A stretch of DNA of 38,831 nucleotides, the filler included, from a bacterium (lineage in GTDB: Bacteria; RUG730), in NCBI GenBank assembly GCA_031551405.1. It is 4 parts of 4 records of this genome, joined end to end, with 100 filler letters (N's around TTAATTAATTAA, not from the genome) between each part and the next. Parts side by side here need not be neighbours in the genome. Positions count along the whole stretch, not along the records: positions 3,976 to 30,128 come from JAVBNQ010000002.1; 3 more parts are not named here. One strand, written 5' to 3'. Below are positions 16,809-27,078 of the stretch, piece after piece. The notes beneath the pieces are model-generated. The model made no database searches. It was given only the letters and a program-made list of their open reading frames with translations, and was not told the DNA's origin. Positions within the stretch are counted from its first letter, which is position 1, and the number at the start of each line of letters is the position of its first letter. The translations under genes and the position numbers were made by a program.

Positions 16809-17915
16809 TTAATTCAAAATTGCTTTTATTAAATTATCGATAAATTTTTCGTCAGTATAATTGTTCTCGTAAATTGTTCGGCTATTTTTTACAAACTCGT
16901 TATAAAAGTTTCTATCGTTATAAAACTTTAAAACCAAATTTTTAATCTCTTCGATTTTTGTTTCAGACGAAAGCACAAAACCGTTTTCGTCGGTTTTAAC
17001 AGTCTCTTTAATGCAGCCTCGATCAAAAGCAATTACAGGAAGCCCGGCTGACATTGCCTCGAGGATTACTAGCGGCTGCCCTTCGTGAAGTGTCGGCATA
17101 TAAAATAAACTAGACGTTAAAAACAAATTCCTTTTGCATTCTCCATCAATTCTGCCTGAAAAAGATACTCTTTCATTTAAACCATTTTTTTTGCAAAAAT
17201 CTAACGCTTGTTTTTTTTCTATATCGGAATGCCATTCTCCAGCGCAAACAAAATTTATATCTTCAAAAATTTTTAGTTCTAAAGCCAAATCCAAAAAATG
17301 AAAAATTCCTTTATTTTTCGTCAAATTACTCAAAAATAAAATTGTGAATTTATTATTTTTTTTTGCCAAAATATCATAGTCAAAATTTCTAAATTCGTCT
17401 TTTACTCCGTTTGATACAGCATAAATATTTTTTTTATCTATAAATTCTTCAAAATTATATTTCAGACATTCGCCCAAGACTACTATTTTTTTTACATTTT
17501 TTAATGTAAATCTAACTAAAAACTGCATAAAAAAATTCGTGTTTTTATAAAAGTTGTAAAAATAGCCGCCGTGAAAATGAACGATTATATATTTTTTGAA
17601 AAATTTCGCGAGTATGAGAAGCAATGAATCTCGTAAATATCCCAGATTGTTTTGCGCATTTGGGATATAAAAATAATCAATTTTTTTCATCAAAAGTAAA
17701 TAAAAACAAACAAAAAAATTCTTGAACGCAAAATAAATGTTTAAGAAATCGAGGTTACCTATATTTTGCACGTCTCGATGATCCGACGTATCCAAATGCA
17801 GTACTTTAAAAGTTTCGTTAAATTTTTCTGAGTCAAGAATCTTCTTGGTTACGACCGTCATCCCGTTATAAGGAAGAGGCAAAGGTCCAACGACGAGAAT
17901 CGTTTTTTTCTCCAC
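16809..17915 (-). CDS. GT4 (GT-B) glycosyltransferase
   Basis: VHFHGG, FLSNLTKNKG, EGQPLVILEAMSAGLPVI. Confidence 0.92.
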   Translation of the reverse strand: MEKKTILVVGPLPLPYNGMTVVTKKILDSEKFNETFKVLHLDTSDHRDVQNIGNLDFLNIYFAFKNFFVCFYLLLMKKIDYFYIPNAQNNLGYLRDSLLLILAKFFKKYIIVHFHGGYFYNFYKNTNFFMQFLVRFTLKNVKKIVVLGECLKYNFEEFIDKKNIYAVSNGVKDEFRNFDYDILAKKNNKFTILFLSNLTKNKGIFHFLDLALELKIFEDINFVCAGEWHSDIEKKQALDFCKKNGLNERVSFSGRIDGECKRNLFLTSSLFYMPTLHEGQPLVILEAMSAGLPVIAFDRGCIKETVKTDENGFVLSSETKIEEIKNLVLKFYNDRNFYNEFVKNSRTIYENNYTDEKFIDNLIKAILN

Positions 17916-17917
17916 TT

Positions 17918-18877
17918 TTACCTCAACATATCGTGTAAATGCAAAATTCCAACGACTTTATTCGTAGCTCTATCCAGAACCGGAAGAACGCTGATTGGTT
18001 TCTCACGTTTCTCCATAAAATCAAGAGCTGTCTTTACGCTTTCGTCAAAAAAAATGAATTTTGGATTTGTGTTCATTATTTGCGGAATTGTTAAACCAAA
18101 AATATCTTTTTTATCCTGAAAAACCCGTCTGATATCAAAATCAGTTATAAAACCTTTCAGATAAAAATTTTCATCAATAACCGATACGGCTCCTGTCATT
18201 TTGTTCGTGATTTCAAAAAACATTTTCTCTATTGAATCTTCAATCTTTATAACGGAATTTTTATCGCCGGTCCGCATAATATCCGAAACTTTTAGGAGCA
18301 ACTTTTTGCCAAGACTTCCGCCTGGATGGAAAAGCGCAAAATTTTCCGGCTGAAACCCTCGCAAAGTCATGAGCGCTACAGCAATAGCGTCACCTATAAC
18401 TAAACTCGCAGTTGTACTCGACGTTGGCGCTAGATTTAGAGGACAGGCTTCTTCTTTGATCGGCATATACAAAACATAATCGGACTGACTCGCAATTTTT
18501 GAATTTCTGTCGGCAGTCAAAACTACAAGTTTCGCTCCGATTTTTTTTACGACTGGAATTATATCTAGAATTTCTTGTGTATTTCCGGATTTCGTTATCG
18601 CGAGGAGAAAATCGTTTTTTTGGATAATTCCCAGATCGCCATGAATCGCTTCCGTCGGATGCAAGAAAAAAGCCGGTGTTCCCGTAGAAATCAAAGTTGC
18701 GATTATCTTTTTCGCAATTAGTCCGGATTTTCCAACGCCGGTTAAGATCAATTTATTTTTACTTTCAAATAAAAGTTTTACGACTTTTTCAAAATTCTCG
18801 TCAATGCTCTCATTTATATCTTTTAAAGTTTCAATCTCTTTTGAAATTACGTTTTTTATTATTTTTAAAATTTGCAT
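17918..18877 (-). CDS. kdsD: Arabinose-5-phosphate isomerase (KpsF/GutQ family, SIS + CBS)
   Basis: GVGKSG, HPTEAIHGDLG, EACPLNLAPTSST, FHPGGSLG, C-terminal CBS pair. Confidence 0.95.
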   Translation of the reverse strand: MQILKIIKNVISKEIETLKDINESIDENFEKVVKLLFESKNKLILTGVGKSGLIAKKIIATLISTGTPAFFLHPTEAIHGDLGIIQKNDFLLAITKSGNTQEILDIIPVVKKIGAKLVVLTADRNSKIASQSDYVLYMPIKEEACPLNLAPTSSTTASLVIGDAIAVALMTLRGFQPENFALFHPGGSLGKKLLLKVSDIMRTGDKNSVIKIEDSIEKMFFEITNKMTGAVSVIDENFYLKGFITDFDIRRVFQDKKDIFGLTIPQIMNTNPKFIFFDESVKTALDFMEKREKPISVLPVLDRATNKVVGILHLHDMLR

Positions 18878-18895
18878 TTTTAAAATTTCTTTAGT

Positions 18896-19348
18896 TTAAA
18901 TGTCTTTTATTACAGCGATCTCGTCACAATCCGGAAATTTTGGACAATGAATACATTCTCTCCAGATTTTGTGCGGGAGATCGTCTCGACTTATAGTTTT
19001 GAATCCCAATTTATGAAAAAAACCTTCAACATACGTTAGAGCAAAAACCTGTTTGATTCCCAATTTTTTTGCATCATCAACACATTTTTCCACGAGCTCG
19101 CGACCCAATCCTTTTTTTCCAAAAGTTTTGTCCACAGCCAAGGCTTTTATTTCTGCCAAATGTTCCCAAACCACTTGAGAAGCACAACAGCCACGTAATT
19201 CGTTATTTTCATCGACAAAAACATAGAAATCTTTGATATGTTCATACAAATGATTCAACGATCTCGAGAGCATTCTTTTTTCGTCTGCATAAGAATTTAT
19301 CAGTTTTTGAATGCCTTTTACATCGCTTAAAACAGCTTTTCGTATCAT
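18896..19348 (-). CDS. GNAT N-acetyltransferase (short ArgA-type amino-acid N-acetyltransferase)
   Basis: LAEIKALAV, GLGRELV, VFALTY, LPHKIWRECIHCPKFPDCDE. Confidence 0.85.
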   Translation of the reverse strand: MIRKAVLSDVKGIQKLINSYADEKRMLSRSLNHLYEHIKDFYVFVDENNELRGCCASQVVWEHLAEIKALAVDKTFGKKGLGRELVEKCVDDAKKLGIKQVFALTYVEGFFHKLGFKTISRDDLPHKIWRECIHCPKFPDCDEIAVIKDI

Positions 19349-19381
19349 TTTTTTACCTCTTGAAATAAGATAAAGTTTATT

Positions 19382-19390
19382 ACTATATCA
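19382..19390 (-). promoter_or_regulatory. Putative extended -10 promoter upstream of the GNAT gene
   Basis: TGATATAGT on - strand. GAGG RBS near 19357. Confidence 0.3.
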
Positions 19391-19426
19391 CAAATTTATG
19401 ATTAATTAAATAATTTTTTGAGTCGC

Positions 19427-20749
19427 TTAATCGCTATCGTCCAAAGCCCATACGATTTTTACTGGCGAGCCTTCGAATCTATATTTGTCACGCAAATTAT
19501 TCTCGAGATATCTCGAATACGCCATTGGAATTTCGCCATTTCTGCTCAATTTTACGTAAAAAACAGGCGGCGAAGTATTCACTTGCTTTCCACCCAAAAT
19601 CACGACCGGATGTTTATGTTTGCCTCGAGGCGGATATTTTTTCGCATAACAATCTCTAAAAAGCTCAGAAACCTCAATATCAGGAACTCGCTTCGTGTAT
19701 TCCTTGTAAACTCTCTCGATTGTTTCAAAAATTTTCTCAACTCGCAAATTCTCTTTCGCTGATACAAACATGGCTGGCGCAAAAAGTAAAAATGGAAACG
19801 ATTTTTTCCGTTCGTTTAAAAATTTTTTTACATAATCTTCGCGGTCTTCGATCACATCCCATTTATTGACGAGAATTATGCAGGCTTTATTGTATTCTTT
19901 GATCAGCCCGGCAATCCTCAGGTCTTGATGATTTACAAAAGTTTTAGCGTCGAGCAAAAGTAAAACCACGTCACTTCGTTTAATCGCTTCCTCTGTAGCA
20001 CGAACAGAAATTATGTCAAATTCTAGCCTTTTCGGGCCTTTTTTTATCCCGGCTGTATCGATGATCGTGTATTTTCTGTTGTTTTTTTTAATTATTGAGT
20101 CAATCGCGTCTCGAGTCGTACCCGGTACGTCGCTCACAAGAACTTTGGTTTCTCCGAAAATCGTATTGAAAAGCGTAGATTTTCCGACGTTCGGCTTACC
20201 AACTATCGAAATTTTTATGTCGCTTTGAATATCCATTTTTTCAAGTTTAACTTCCGGGATATCTTTGATTATCTCGTCAAGCAAATCGATAATTCCAAGG
20301 TTGTGAAGAGCTGAAGTTTTTAAAATCGTACCAACGCCAAGCTCGTAAAAATCCGCAACCAATTTTTCCCTTTCTTTCAAGTCGATTTTATTTATAGCCA
20401 GGACAATTTTTTTGTTTTTTGATTTGGTCCTGATCCAACGCAAAATGTCCTTGTCAATCGGATTAATGCCCTCTTTCCCATCGACAACTATCAAAATCAT
20501 GTCCGATTCTTCAATACCGAGTCCAACATTTTTTACAATCCAATTTTTCTCAAAACTTCCGTCTTCTTTTTCGACTCCGCCAGTATCAATCAAACAAAAA
20601 GTTTTGTTTTTCCACTCACAAAACCCGTAATTCCTATCTCGAGTCAAATGTGGAATATTTGAAACCAAAGCTTTCTTGTATTTAACGAGCCTGTTAAACA
20701 AACTCGATTTCCCGACATTCACTCTTCCGACGATACAAACTTTATACAT
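19427..20749 (-). CDS. der: Ribosome biogenesis GTPase Der
   Basis: Two G domains (GRVNVGKS/DTGG/NKID and GKPNVGKS/DTAG/NKWD) plus a KH-like C-terminus. Confidence 0.97.
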   Translation of the reverse strand: MYKVCIVGRVNVGKSSLFNRLVKYKKALVSNIPHLTRDRNYGFCEWKNKTFCLIDTGGVEKEDGSFEKNWIVKNVGLGIEESDMILIVVDGKEGINPIDKDILRWIRTKSKNKKIVLAINKIDLKEREKLVADFYELGVGTILKTSALHNLGIIDLLDEIIKDIPEVKLEKMDIQSDIKISIVGKPNVGKSTLFNTIFGETKVLVSDVPGTTRDAIDSIIKKNNRKYTIIDTAGIKKGPKRLEFDIISVRATEEAIKRSDVVLLLLDAKTFVNHQDLRIAGLIKEYNKACIILVNKWDVIEDREDYVKKFLNERKKSFPFLLFAPAMFVSAKENLRVEKIFETIERVYKEYTKRVPDIEVSELFRDCYAKKYPPRGKHKHPVVILGGKQVNTSPPVFYVKLSRNGEIPMAYSRYLENNLRDKYRFEGSPVKIVWALDDSD

Positions 20750-20983
20750 TTTTTCTCCAATCTAATTTTTTAAGGCGCTATTTCTATGAAAATTTTCGAG
20801 TCTTTAAAAAGTGCGTAAAATTACAAATCTAGCTATATACATAAAAACAAAATTTAGTTATAAAAAAACTTTTTGAAAAAAGGCGCTGCACGCGGCCAAT
20901 AATAGCTAGAAGACAAAAATTTTAAAACGTAAAAAAAATGTAAGCATTTCTTTTAGTCCGTATAACTTTGCGTTTTATAAAAA

Positions 20984-20997
20984 CAGCCCTTGGGCTG
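20984..20997. terminator. Short GC hairpin in the U32-der spacer (possible terminator)
   Basis: CAGCCC-TT-GGGCTG, followed on - strand by TTTTT. Confidence 0.35.
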
Positions 20998-21070
20998 CAA
21001 AAACTTTTAGCGTAAAAAAAATATAAAAAAAGCACAAAGAAATAAAAAGACAATTGCACGAGCCGCAACT

Positions 21071-22306
21071 TCAATCAGTAGCTCGCAAAAGCGAAAATTC
21101 CGAAACATTCGCTTCTCGATCAAACTCCAAAATCGCTTCCAAATCTGAATGTCCTTTTTCGACGTAAACATTATCTTTCAAAGAAAAAATCGTGTTTATT
21201 TTTACAACATTTTTTTGAAATTCGTTAGGCGTTAAAATTTCTACAAAATCGCCAATTTTTATGTTATTTTTCACGATAACCCTTACTTTCTTATCAGAAA
21301 TCTTTTCACTAATTTGCGCCAAAAAATAATGCGTGATTTTATCAAATTCTCCGTCGTAATTATAATCCTTTGCCTCAGGTGTTCCAAAATAAAATCCTTC
21401 CGTGTAACCTCGATTATTCAATTTTTCCATCTCATTATTTAAAAATTCTTTTTGCACAAAATAATCGTTTTCATCGTTAAAAAACAAGTCAATTGCCCGC
21501 CTATAAAGTCTGGTCGTTGCAGTCAAATAATACAAACTTTTCATTCTACCTTCGACTTTGAAACTTTGAACTCCGGAACTGACGAGCTCAGAGATTCTGT
21601 TGATGAGGCACATATCGTTGACATTGAAAAGATATGCGCCTTTTTCATCTTCCTCGTAAGGAATCATTTTGCCGGGACGTTTTTCCTCTTCCAAAATCTT
21701 GTATTTCCAGCGGCAAGGATGCGCGCAATCGCCCCTATTTGCGTCTCGATTCGCAAAATAAGCCGACAAAAAACACCGACCTGAATACGAAATACACATT
21801 GCTCCGTGAATAAAAACTTCGAACTCCAGATTTTCGTTAGATTTCACGATTTCTGATATTTCCGAAATATTTAATTCTCGAGCCAAAACAATTCTTTTTA
21901 TCCCGGCTTCTTGCCAAAATTTGCAAGATAACTCGTTCGTTGTGTTTGCCTGGACACTGAGGTGAAGCTCAAGGTTTGGCGCGATTTTCTTTGCTAAAAA
22001 CAAAATTCCGGGATCAGACAGAATTATTGCATCGACTTTGATTTCTTCGAGAAATTTCAGATATTTTTCGAGAGCTGGAATTTCAACGTTCCTAAAAAAC
22101 GCATTGACTGTCACGTAAATTTTTTTGTTCAAAGCGTGCGCATAATTTACAGAGTCTTTTATTTCGTCAGGCTCGAAATTATTCGCTCTTGCCCTGAGAC
22201 TAAAATTTTTTCCGCCTAAATAAACAGCGTCAGCTCCAAAAGCAAAAGCGTATTTTAGTTTTTGGAAATCGCCGGCCGGCATCAAAAGTTCTGGTTTATT
22301 TTTCAT
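21071..22306 (-). CDS. U32 peptidase family, TrhP/YegQ-like tRNA hydroxylation protein
   Basis: PELLMPAG, GADAVYLG, EVFIHGAMCISYSGRC, CAHPCR, FKVEGR. Confidence 0.9.
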   Translation of the reverse strand: MKNKPELLMPAGDFQKLKYAFAFGADAVYLGGKNFSLRARANNFEPDEIKDSVNYAHALNKKIYVTVNAFFRNVEIPALEKYLKFLEEIKVDAIILSDPGILFLAKKIAPNLELHLSVQANTTNELSCKFWQEAGIKRIVLARELNISEISEIVKSNENLEFEVFIHGAMCISYSGRCFLSAYFANRDANRGDCAHPCRWKYKILEEEKRPGKMIPYEEDEKGAYLFNVNDMCLINRISELVSSGVQSFKVEGRMKSLYYLTATTRLYRRAIDLFFNDENDYFVQKEFLNNEMEKLNNRGYTEGFYFGTPEAKDYNYDGEFDKITHYFLAQISEKISDKKVRVIVKNNIKIGDFVEILTPNEFQKNVVKINTIFSLKDNVYVEKGHSDLEAILEFDREANVSEFSLLRATD

Positions 22307-22586
22307 ATTTTCCCGAATTTAACTTTTTCAATATTTTTACGAAAACTTCTTCATCAATTGCAAGCTCCAAAATTTTCATCTGACTTTTCTCGCCTTTTAT
22401 AAGTTTTACGTCTTTTTTTGCAAGATTAAAACTCGAAGAAATAAAATCTACCAACTCTTGATTTGCTCGATTGTCAAGAGCCGGCGCATTTATTTTGATT
22501 TTTAGGTAATCCAAATCTTCGATCTTTATAATTTCAAGAAATTCGTTTTTTTTAGCGTTCGCTTGAATTTTTACTCGCAAAATCAT
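22296..22586 (-). CDS. DUF167 / YggU family protein
   Basis: VKIQANAK, LKIKINAPALDNRANQEL, IKGEKS.K. Confidence 0.88.
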   Translation of the reverse strand: MILRVKIQANAKKNEFLEIIKIEDLDYLKIKINAPALDNRANQELVDFISSSFNLAKKDVKLIKGEKSQMKILELAIDEEVFVKILKKLNSGKYEK

Positions 22587-22609
22587 AATTTTATCTCGAC
22601 AAAATTTTT

Positions 22610-23683
22610 TTAAATATTTAAATCCAATTTCAAATATTTTTGCAAATAATCGTTCAAAATTTCATTCAACTCGTGTTTTTCAAAAGTTTTCACGATTTTT
22701 CCGTGCTCAAAAACCGAAATTTTATTGCCTGTTCCACAAAATCCAAAATCTGCTTCTTTTGCCTCGCCCGGACCGTTAACAACGCAGCCCATTATCGCAA
22801 TCTTTATCGGCAAACTTCCTATTTCAGACCAATTCAAGCTCCAAATTAATTTTTCAATCTTTTTCACGAGTGGTATCACACCCAAACTCGTTCGCGCGCA
22901 CGTCGGACAAGAAATGATATCCGGGTATTTTTGTCGCAAACCGAGAGCCTGGAGAATTTTGTAACCTGCGAAAACTTCCCAAATCGGATCGTCAGTCAAA
23001 GAAACTCGCAAAGTATCGCCGATTCCGTGCTCGAGTAAAAGCGCGAGTCCGACGCTAGACTTGATTGCGCCTAAGAAAAGCGACCCGGATTCCGTGATTC
23101 CCAAATGCAGCGGATAATCGGATTTCTGTCTGAATTTTTCGTAAGCTGAAAATGAGGTTTTGACATCGCTAGATTTTAACGAAATCACCAAATTTTCGAA
23201 ACCGTTTTCTTCAAAATAATCGATATACTCCAAAGCTTTTTCAACCATAAATTCAGCTTTATCGCCCGAATGCTTCGCGTTCAAAGAACCAGAGTTTACC
23301 CCGACTCGGATCGCGACATTTTTTTTGTTCGCTATCTCTATGATTTTCGCCAAATGTTCTTTTCGCAAATTTCCAGGATTAATACGAATTTTGTCAGCGC
23401 CGTTTTCCATCGCCAAAATCGCCAGTTTGTAATCAAAATGTATATCGGCAACTATCGGAATTTTGATTTGTTTTTTGATTTCTTTGAAAGCGAGGCAAGA
23501 AGCTTCGTCGGGAGCGCTTGCACGAATCATTTCGCAGCCTGCTCGCGTCAATTGTTTTATTTGATTTACGGTTTTTGTAATATTGGTCGTCGAAGTATTC
23601 GTCATCGATTGAACGACGATCTGATTATTTCCGCCAATCAAAACTTTCCCGACTTTGACAACTCGCGTTTTTTTAAATTTCAT
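22610..23683 (-). CDS. ispG: 4-hydroxy-3-methylbut-2-en-1-yl diphosphate synthase
   Basis: VQSMTNT, VADIHFD, RINPGN, HLGITE, GDTLRVSL, SCPTCAR, GCVVNGPGE. Confidence 0.98.
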   Translation of the reverse strand: MKFKKTRVVKVGKVLIGGNNQIVVQSMTNTSTTNITKTVNQIKQLTRAGCEMIRASAPDEASCLAFKEIKKQIKIPIVADIHFDYKLAILAMENGADKIRINPGNLRKEHLAKIIEIANKKNVAIRVGVNSGSLNAKHSGDKAEFMVEKALEYIDYFEENGFENLVISLKSSDVKTSFSAYEKFRQKSDYPLHLGITESGSLFLGAIKSSVGLALLLEHGIGDTLRVSLTDDPIWEVFAGYKILQALGLRQKYPDIISCPTCARTSLGVIPLVKKIEKLIWSLNWSEIGSLPIKIAIMGCVVNGPGEAKEADFGFCGTGNKISVFEHGKIVKTFEKHELNEILNDYLQKYLKLDLNI

Positions 23684-24797
23684 TCGTTTTCTCGTTAGTT
23701 AAATTAATTCTGACGATTTCTGATTTACTCAAAAACCGCATCCTCGGACCCCAAAATCTTGTTCCAGATGATAAATAAAGGTTCGAATTTCCTGATTTAT
23801 AGAGCCCAAATACGTATTTGAAAAAAATTTTTTCTATCAAGTCAATCGGCGGAATTTGCCCGGCGTGAGTATGCCCGGATAATTGCAAATCCACGAAAAG
23901 TTTTGCTGCTTCGTCGAAAACTTCAGGTCTGTGGCTAAGCAAAATTTTTGGCAAACTTGGATTCGTTTGACTAAAAAGCTCAGGCAAATTCGCAAGTTTA
24001 TAGCTAAAACTCAGGGCAGCCTTGTCATTTATTCCGATTAAATTCACCAAATTTTGTAACTCAAAAACCTCGTTTTCCAAAACTTTTATGTTCGCGCCTC
24101 GACAAAAATTTTTGAAATTGTCCAGCCCGGGATAATATTCATGATTTCCCGTCGTAGCAAAAACGCCGTATTTCGCTTTCAGGTCCCTAAAAAGCGCTTC
24201 ATAATGTGAGACATCTTTATTAGTATCCAAAACATCGCCAGTTATAAGGATAATGTCTGGAATGAATTCATTCGTTTTTTTTATGATATATTCGATTTCT
24301 TTTGTTCTCGTTCTTCCGTCGATGTGCAAATCTGTTAAATGAATTATTTTTAAACTTTGCGTTTTAAGACTCGAGATGTTGATTTTTAGATCAACCAAAC
24401 TCGGTTTTTGCAAAGCGTTCAAGCTCGAGTAAATTGCGCAAAGCATCGCCAAAACAAACACAAATCGATCTGCAAACAATAAAAAAGTTTTAGTTTTTTG
24501 TAGGAAAAAATATAACGGAAAACTTACGATATTCGCTATTAAAAAAAACGTGAAAACAATCGACAAAAATCCAAACCAATACATCGAAAAATTCATAAAA
24601 ATCGCTAAACTTTGCGATTCAAATTTCCGAGTTAAAATAAGACTTAAAAAGCCTAAAACGAAAATCAACAAAAAAATTATCATTAAAAATACAAAATTTC
24701 TCTCAGACATTTGAAAACAAAATTTTAGATTAAAAAGCACTAAAAAATTTATGAAAAGCATTATCAAAATGCTAAAAATCATAAAAAATGACATCAA
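23673..24797 (-). CDS. Membrane-bound metallophosphoesterase (YkuE/YaeI-like)
   Basis: Four N-terminal TMs, DLH, GD, GNHE, LSH, GHTH. Confidence 0.9.
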   Translation of the reverse strand: MMSFFMIFSILIMLFINFLVLFNLKFCFQMSERNFVFLMIIFLLIFVLGFLSLILTRKFESQSLAIFMNFSMYWFGFLSIVFTFFLIANIVSFPLYFFLQKTKTFLLFADRFVFVLAMLCAIYSSLNALQKPSLVDLKINISSLKTQSLKIIHLTDLHIDGRTRTKEIEYIIKKTNEFIPDIILITGDVLDTNKDVSHYEALFRDLKAKYGVFATTGNHEYYPGLDNFKNFCRGANIKVLENEVFELQNLVNLIGINDKAALSFSYKLANLPELFSQTNPSLPKILLSHRPEVFDEAAKLFVDLQLSGHTHAGQIPPIDLIEKIFFKYVFGLYKSGNSNLYLSSGTRFWGPRMRFLSKSEIVRINLTNEKTNEI

Positions 24798-24806
24798 ATT
24801 TTCCTC

Positions 24807-25367
24807 CTACAACAAAGTTTTTATTGCAACAAAAATTAACGCTAACCCGCCTAAAATTTCAGCTTTTTTGCCAAAATATTTCCCAAATCCAGTCCCAAAA
24901 AATGCACCAAAAAAACTAAAGACAAAAGTTGTTATCCCGACGATAGAAATACTAAATAAAAAATTTTGAGTAAGATTTTTCAAAATTAAGCCGGCGAAAA
25001 AAGCGTCAATGCTAGTCGCAAATCCTAGCAGAAGAAAATCAAGCGAATTAATGGCTTTCCCGTTTTTTTTATCGTCTATTTTTAGACCGAAATCAAAGCC
25101 GATATCAAATGTTTCGAGTATCATTTTGAGCCCGATCAAACTTAAAATTCCAAATGGTAGGTAATTTTTCAAGACGGAAAATTTTGCAAAAAAACTCGAA
25201 AAATAAACACCTAAAAGCGGCATGAAAAACTGAAATAATCCAAAAGTAAGCGCGCATTTAAAAGGCAAAATATATTTTTTTAGATTCGTCTGTTTTAGCG
25301 ATAACGAAATCGAAACTGCAAATGCGTCTATCGAGAGACTTATAGCTATAATCAAAACAGTCAGCAT
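24807..25367 (-). CDS. mntP: Manganese efflux pump MntP
   Basis: Duplicated SIDAF motifs, FGLFQFFMP, AEILGG. Start moved to the ATG at 25367. Confidence 0.9.
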   Translation of the reverse strand: MLTVLIIAISLSIDAFAVSISLSLKQTNLKKYILPFKCALTFGLFQFFMPLLGVYFSSFFAKFSVLKNYLPFGILSLIGLKMILETFDIGFDFGLKIDDKKNGKAINSLDFLLLGFATSIDAFFAGLILKNLTQNFLFSISIVGITTFVFSFFGAFFGTGFGKYFGKKAEILGGLALIFVAIKTLL

Positions 25368-25386
25368 TTTTTGCTCCAGGCTTGAA

Positions 25387-27078
25387 TCATTTTTTTGCAG
25401 CTTCCAAAAGCTCACGAGCATTTTTTATCGCAGTTTCTGTAATTATTTCTCCGCCGATTATGCGACTAATTTCGTTTATTTTTTCGCTTTCGTTTAATTC
25501 CAAAACTTCGATTTCCGTAGACTTTTCAAGATTCGTTTTTTTGACAACTTTATTGTTTTCACCAAAAACTGCAACTTGCGCGAGATGAGTAATACACAAA
25601 ACTTGATGCTTTTTCGCAATATTCTTCAATTTTTTCCCGACGATAAACGCTGTTTTTCCGCTGATTCCTGTGTCAATTTCGTCAAAAATTAAAACCGGAA
25701 CATTATCAAAATCCGACAAAACGCTTTTTAAGCTCAGCATAATTCTGGAAAGTTCACCACCCGACGCGATTTTGTCGAGTTCACCAAAATCTTGGCTAGG
25801 ATTTGTTTTTACCAAAAACTTAACTTTATTCACGCCGGTTTTTGAAAAAATATAGTCGCCATTTGCTGTTTTCAAAGTCTCAATTTCTATCTTAAAAACT
25901 GCTTTTTCCATTGCCAATTCTTGCAAATTTTCGTTCACCAAGCCTTCGATTTTGTGAGAAATATTTTTACGTTTTGAGTCAATTTTCTCTGCCAAAACCT
26001 TCATTTTTTCAAGAATTTCTGTTAGTTCACTTTTTAGTGAAATTTCTTCGTCTGATTCGTAATCTAAATTTTGCAAATCATTTTCAAGCTTTTTTTCATA
26101 ATCAATCAAAGAATTCACGTCCATCGAATATTTTTTTTTGATTCGATTTAATGATTCGAGACGCGAGCTAACTTCGTCGAATTTGTAGATGTTCGAGTCA
26201 ATTCTATCTTTTGAGTCCGAAAAAACGGTTTCCATTTCGTTGAACATATCGAGACAATTCGTGATTTCGGTCGCAAAATTTTCGTAATTTTGAAAATATT
26301 TCGTGAGTTTTTGAATTTCTTTTACGAGGCTAGGAAGGCTGGAATTTATCAATGACGTTTTCTCGAGAATGCGATCGAGTCCGGAATTAATCAATTCCTG
26401 GTTTGATAAATATTCAAATTCTTTCTCTAGATTGACATCTTCGTCTTTTTTCAATTTTAATTTTTTCAAATTCTCGAGCTCAAACTTCAAAAAATCTTTT
26501 TTGCTTGCGAGTTCCAATTTTGCTTTTTTTATCATCTCGAGTTTAACTTCTATTTTTTGCTTGGCTAAAAAAAATGCTTCAAACGATTTTCTATCGGAAA
26601 AATTGTTGGCAAATCTGTCCAAAAGATCCAATTGTTCAGCCTCTAAAAAAATCTTTTGATTTGAATGCTGCCCGTGAATTTCCAAAAATTTAGCCAAAAC
26701 ATTTTTCATAAAAGCCGACGAAACAAGTTTATCGTTGATGTAGCAACGATTTTTTCCATCGAGAGAAATTCTTTTCACAAAACAAAACGAGTTTTCTTCA
26801 TTCAAAAAATCCTCAAAATCTGAGCCAAATCCTTCCAAAAAATCGGTTGCATTTTTATGTTCCGAATCCTCAAAAATAACACAAATTTCACAATAATTCG
26901 TATCTTTTTTTACAATTGGTTTTGAAATTTTTTCGCTGAGTAAAATATTGATTGCGCCTATCAAAATCGATTTACCCGACCCGGTTTCGCCTGTCAAAAT
27001 AGTCAAACCTTTTTGGAATTCGATCTCAAGCTCATCTACAAAAATATAATTTTTCAGCCTCAATAAATTTAATTTCAC
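25387..27078 (-). CDS. recN: DNA repair protein RecN
   Basis: TGETGSGKS, IHGQH, ASGGELSR, FDEIDTG, ITHLAQ. GTG start overlaps the nadK stop (GTGA). Confidence 0.97.
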   Translation of the reverse strand: MKLNLLRLKNYIFVDELEIEFQKGLTILTGETGSGKSILIGAINILLSEKISKPIVKKDTNYCEICVIFEDSEHKNATDFLEGFGSDFEDFLNEENSFCFVKRISLDGKNRCYINDKLVSSAFMKNVLAKFLEIHGQHSNQKIFLEAEQLDLLDRFANNFSDRKSFEAFFLAKQKIEVKLEMIKKAKLELASKKDFLKFELENLKKLKLKKDEDVNLEKEFEYLSNQELINSGLDRILEKTSLINSSLPSLVKEIQKLTKYFQNYENFATEITNCLDMFNEMETVFSDSKDRIDSNIYKFDEVSSRLESLNRIKKKYSMDVNSLIDYEKKLENDLQNLDYESDEEISLKSELTEILEKMKVLAEKIDSKRKNISHKIEGLVNENLQELAMEKAVFKIEIETLKTANGDYIFSKTGVNKVKFLVKTNPSQDFGELDKIASGGELSRIMLSLKSVLSDFDNVPVLIFDEIDTGISGKTAFIVGKKLKNIAKKHQVLCITHLAQVAVFGENNKVVKKTNLEKSTEIEVLELNESEKINEISRIIGGEIITETAIKNARELLEAAKK

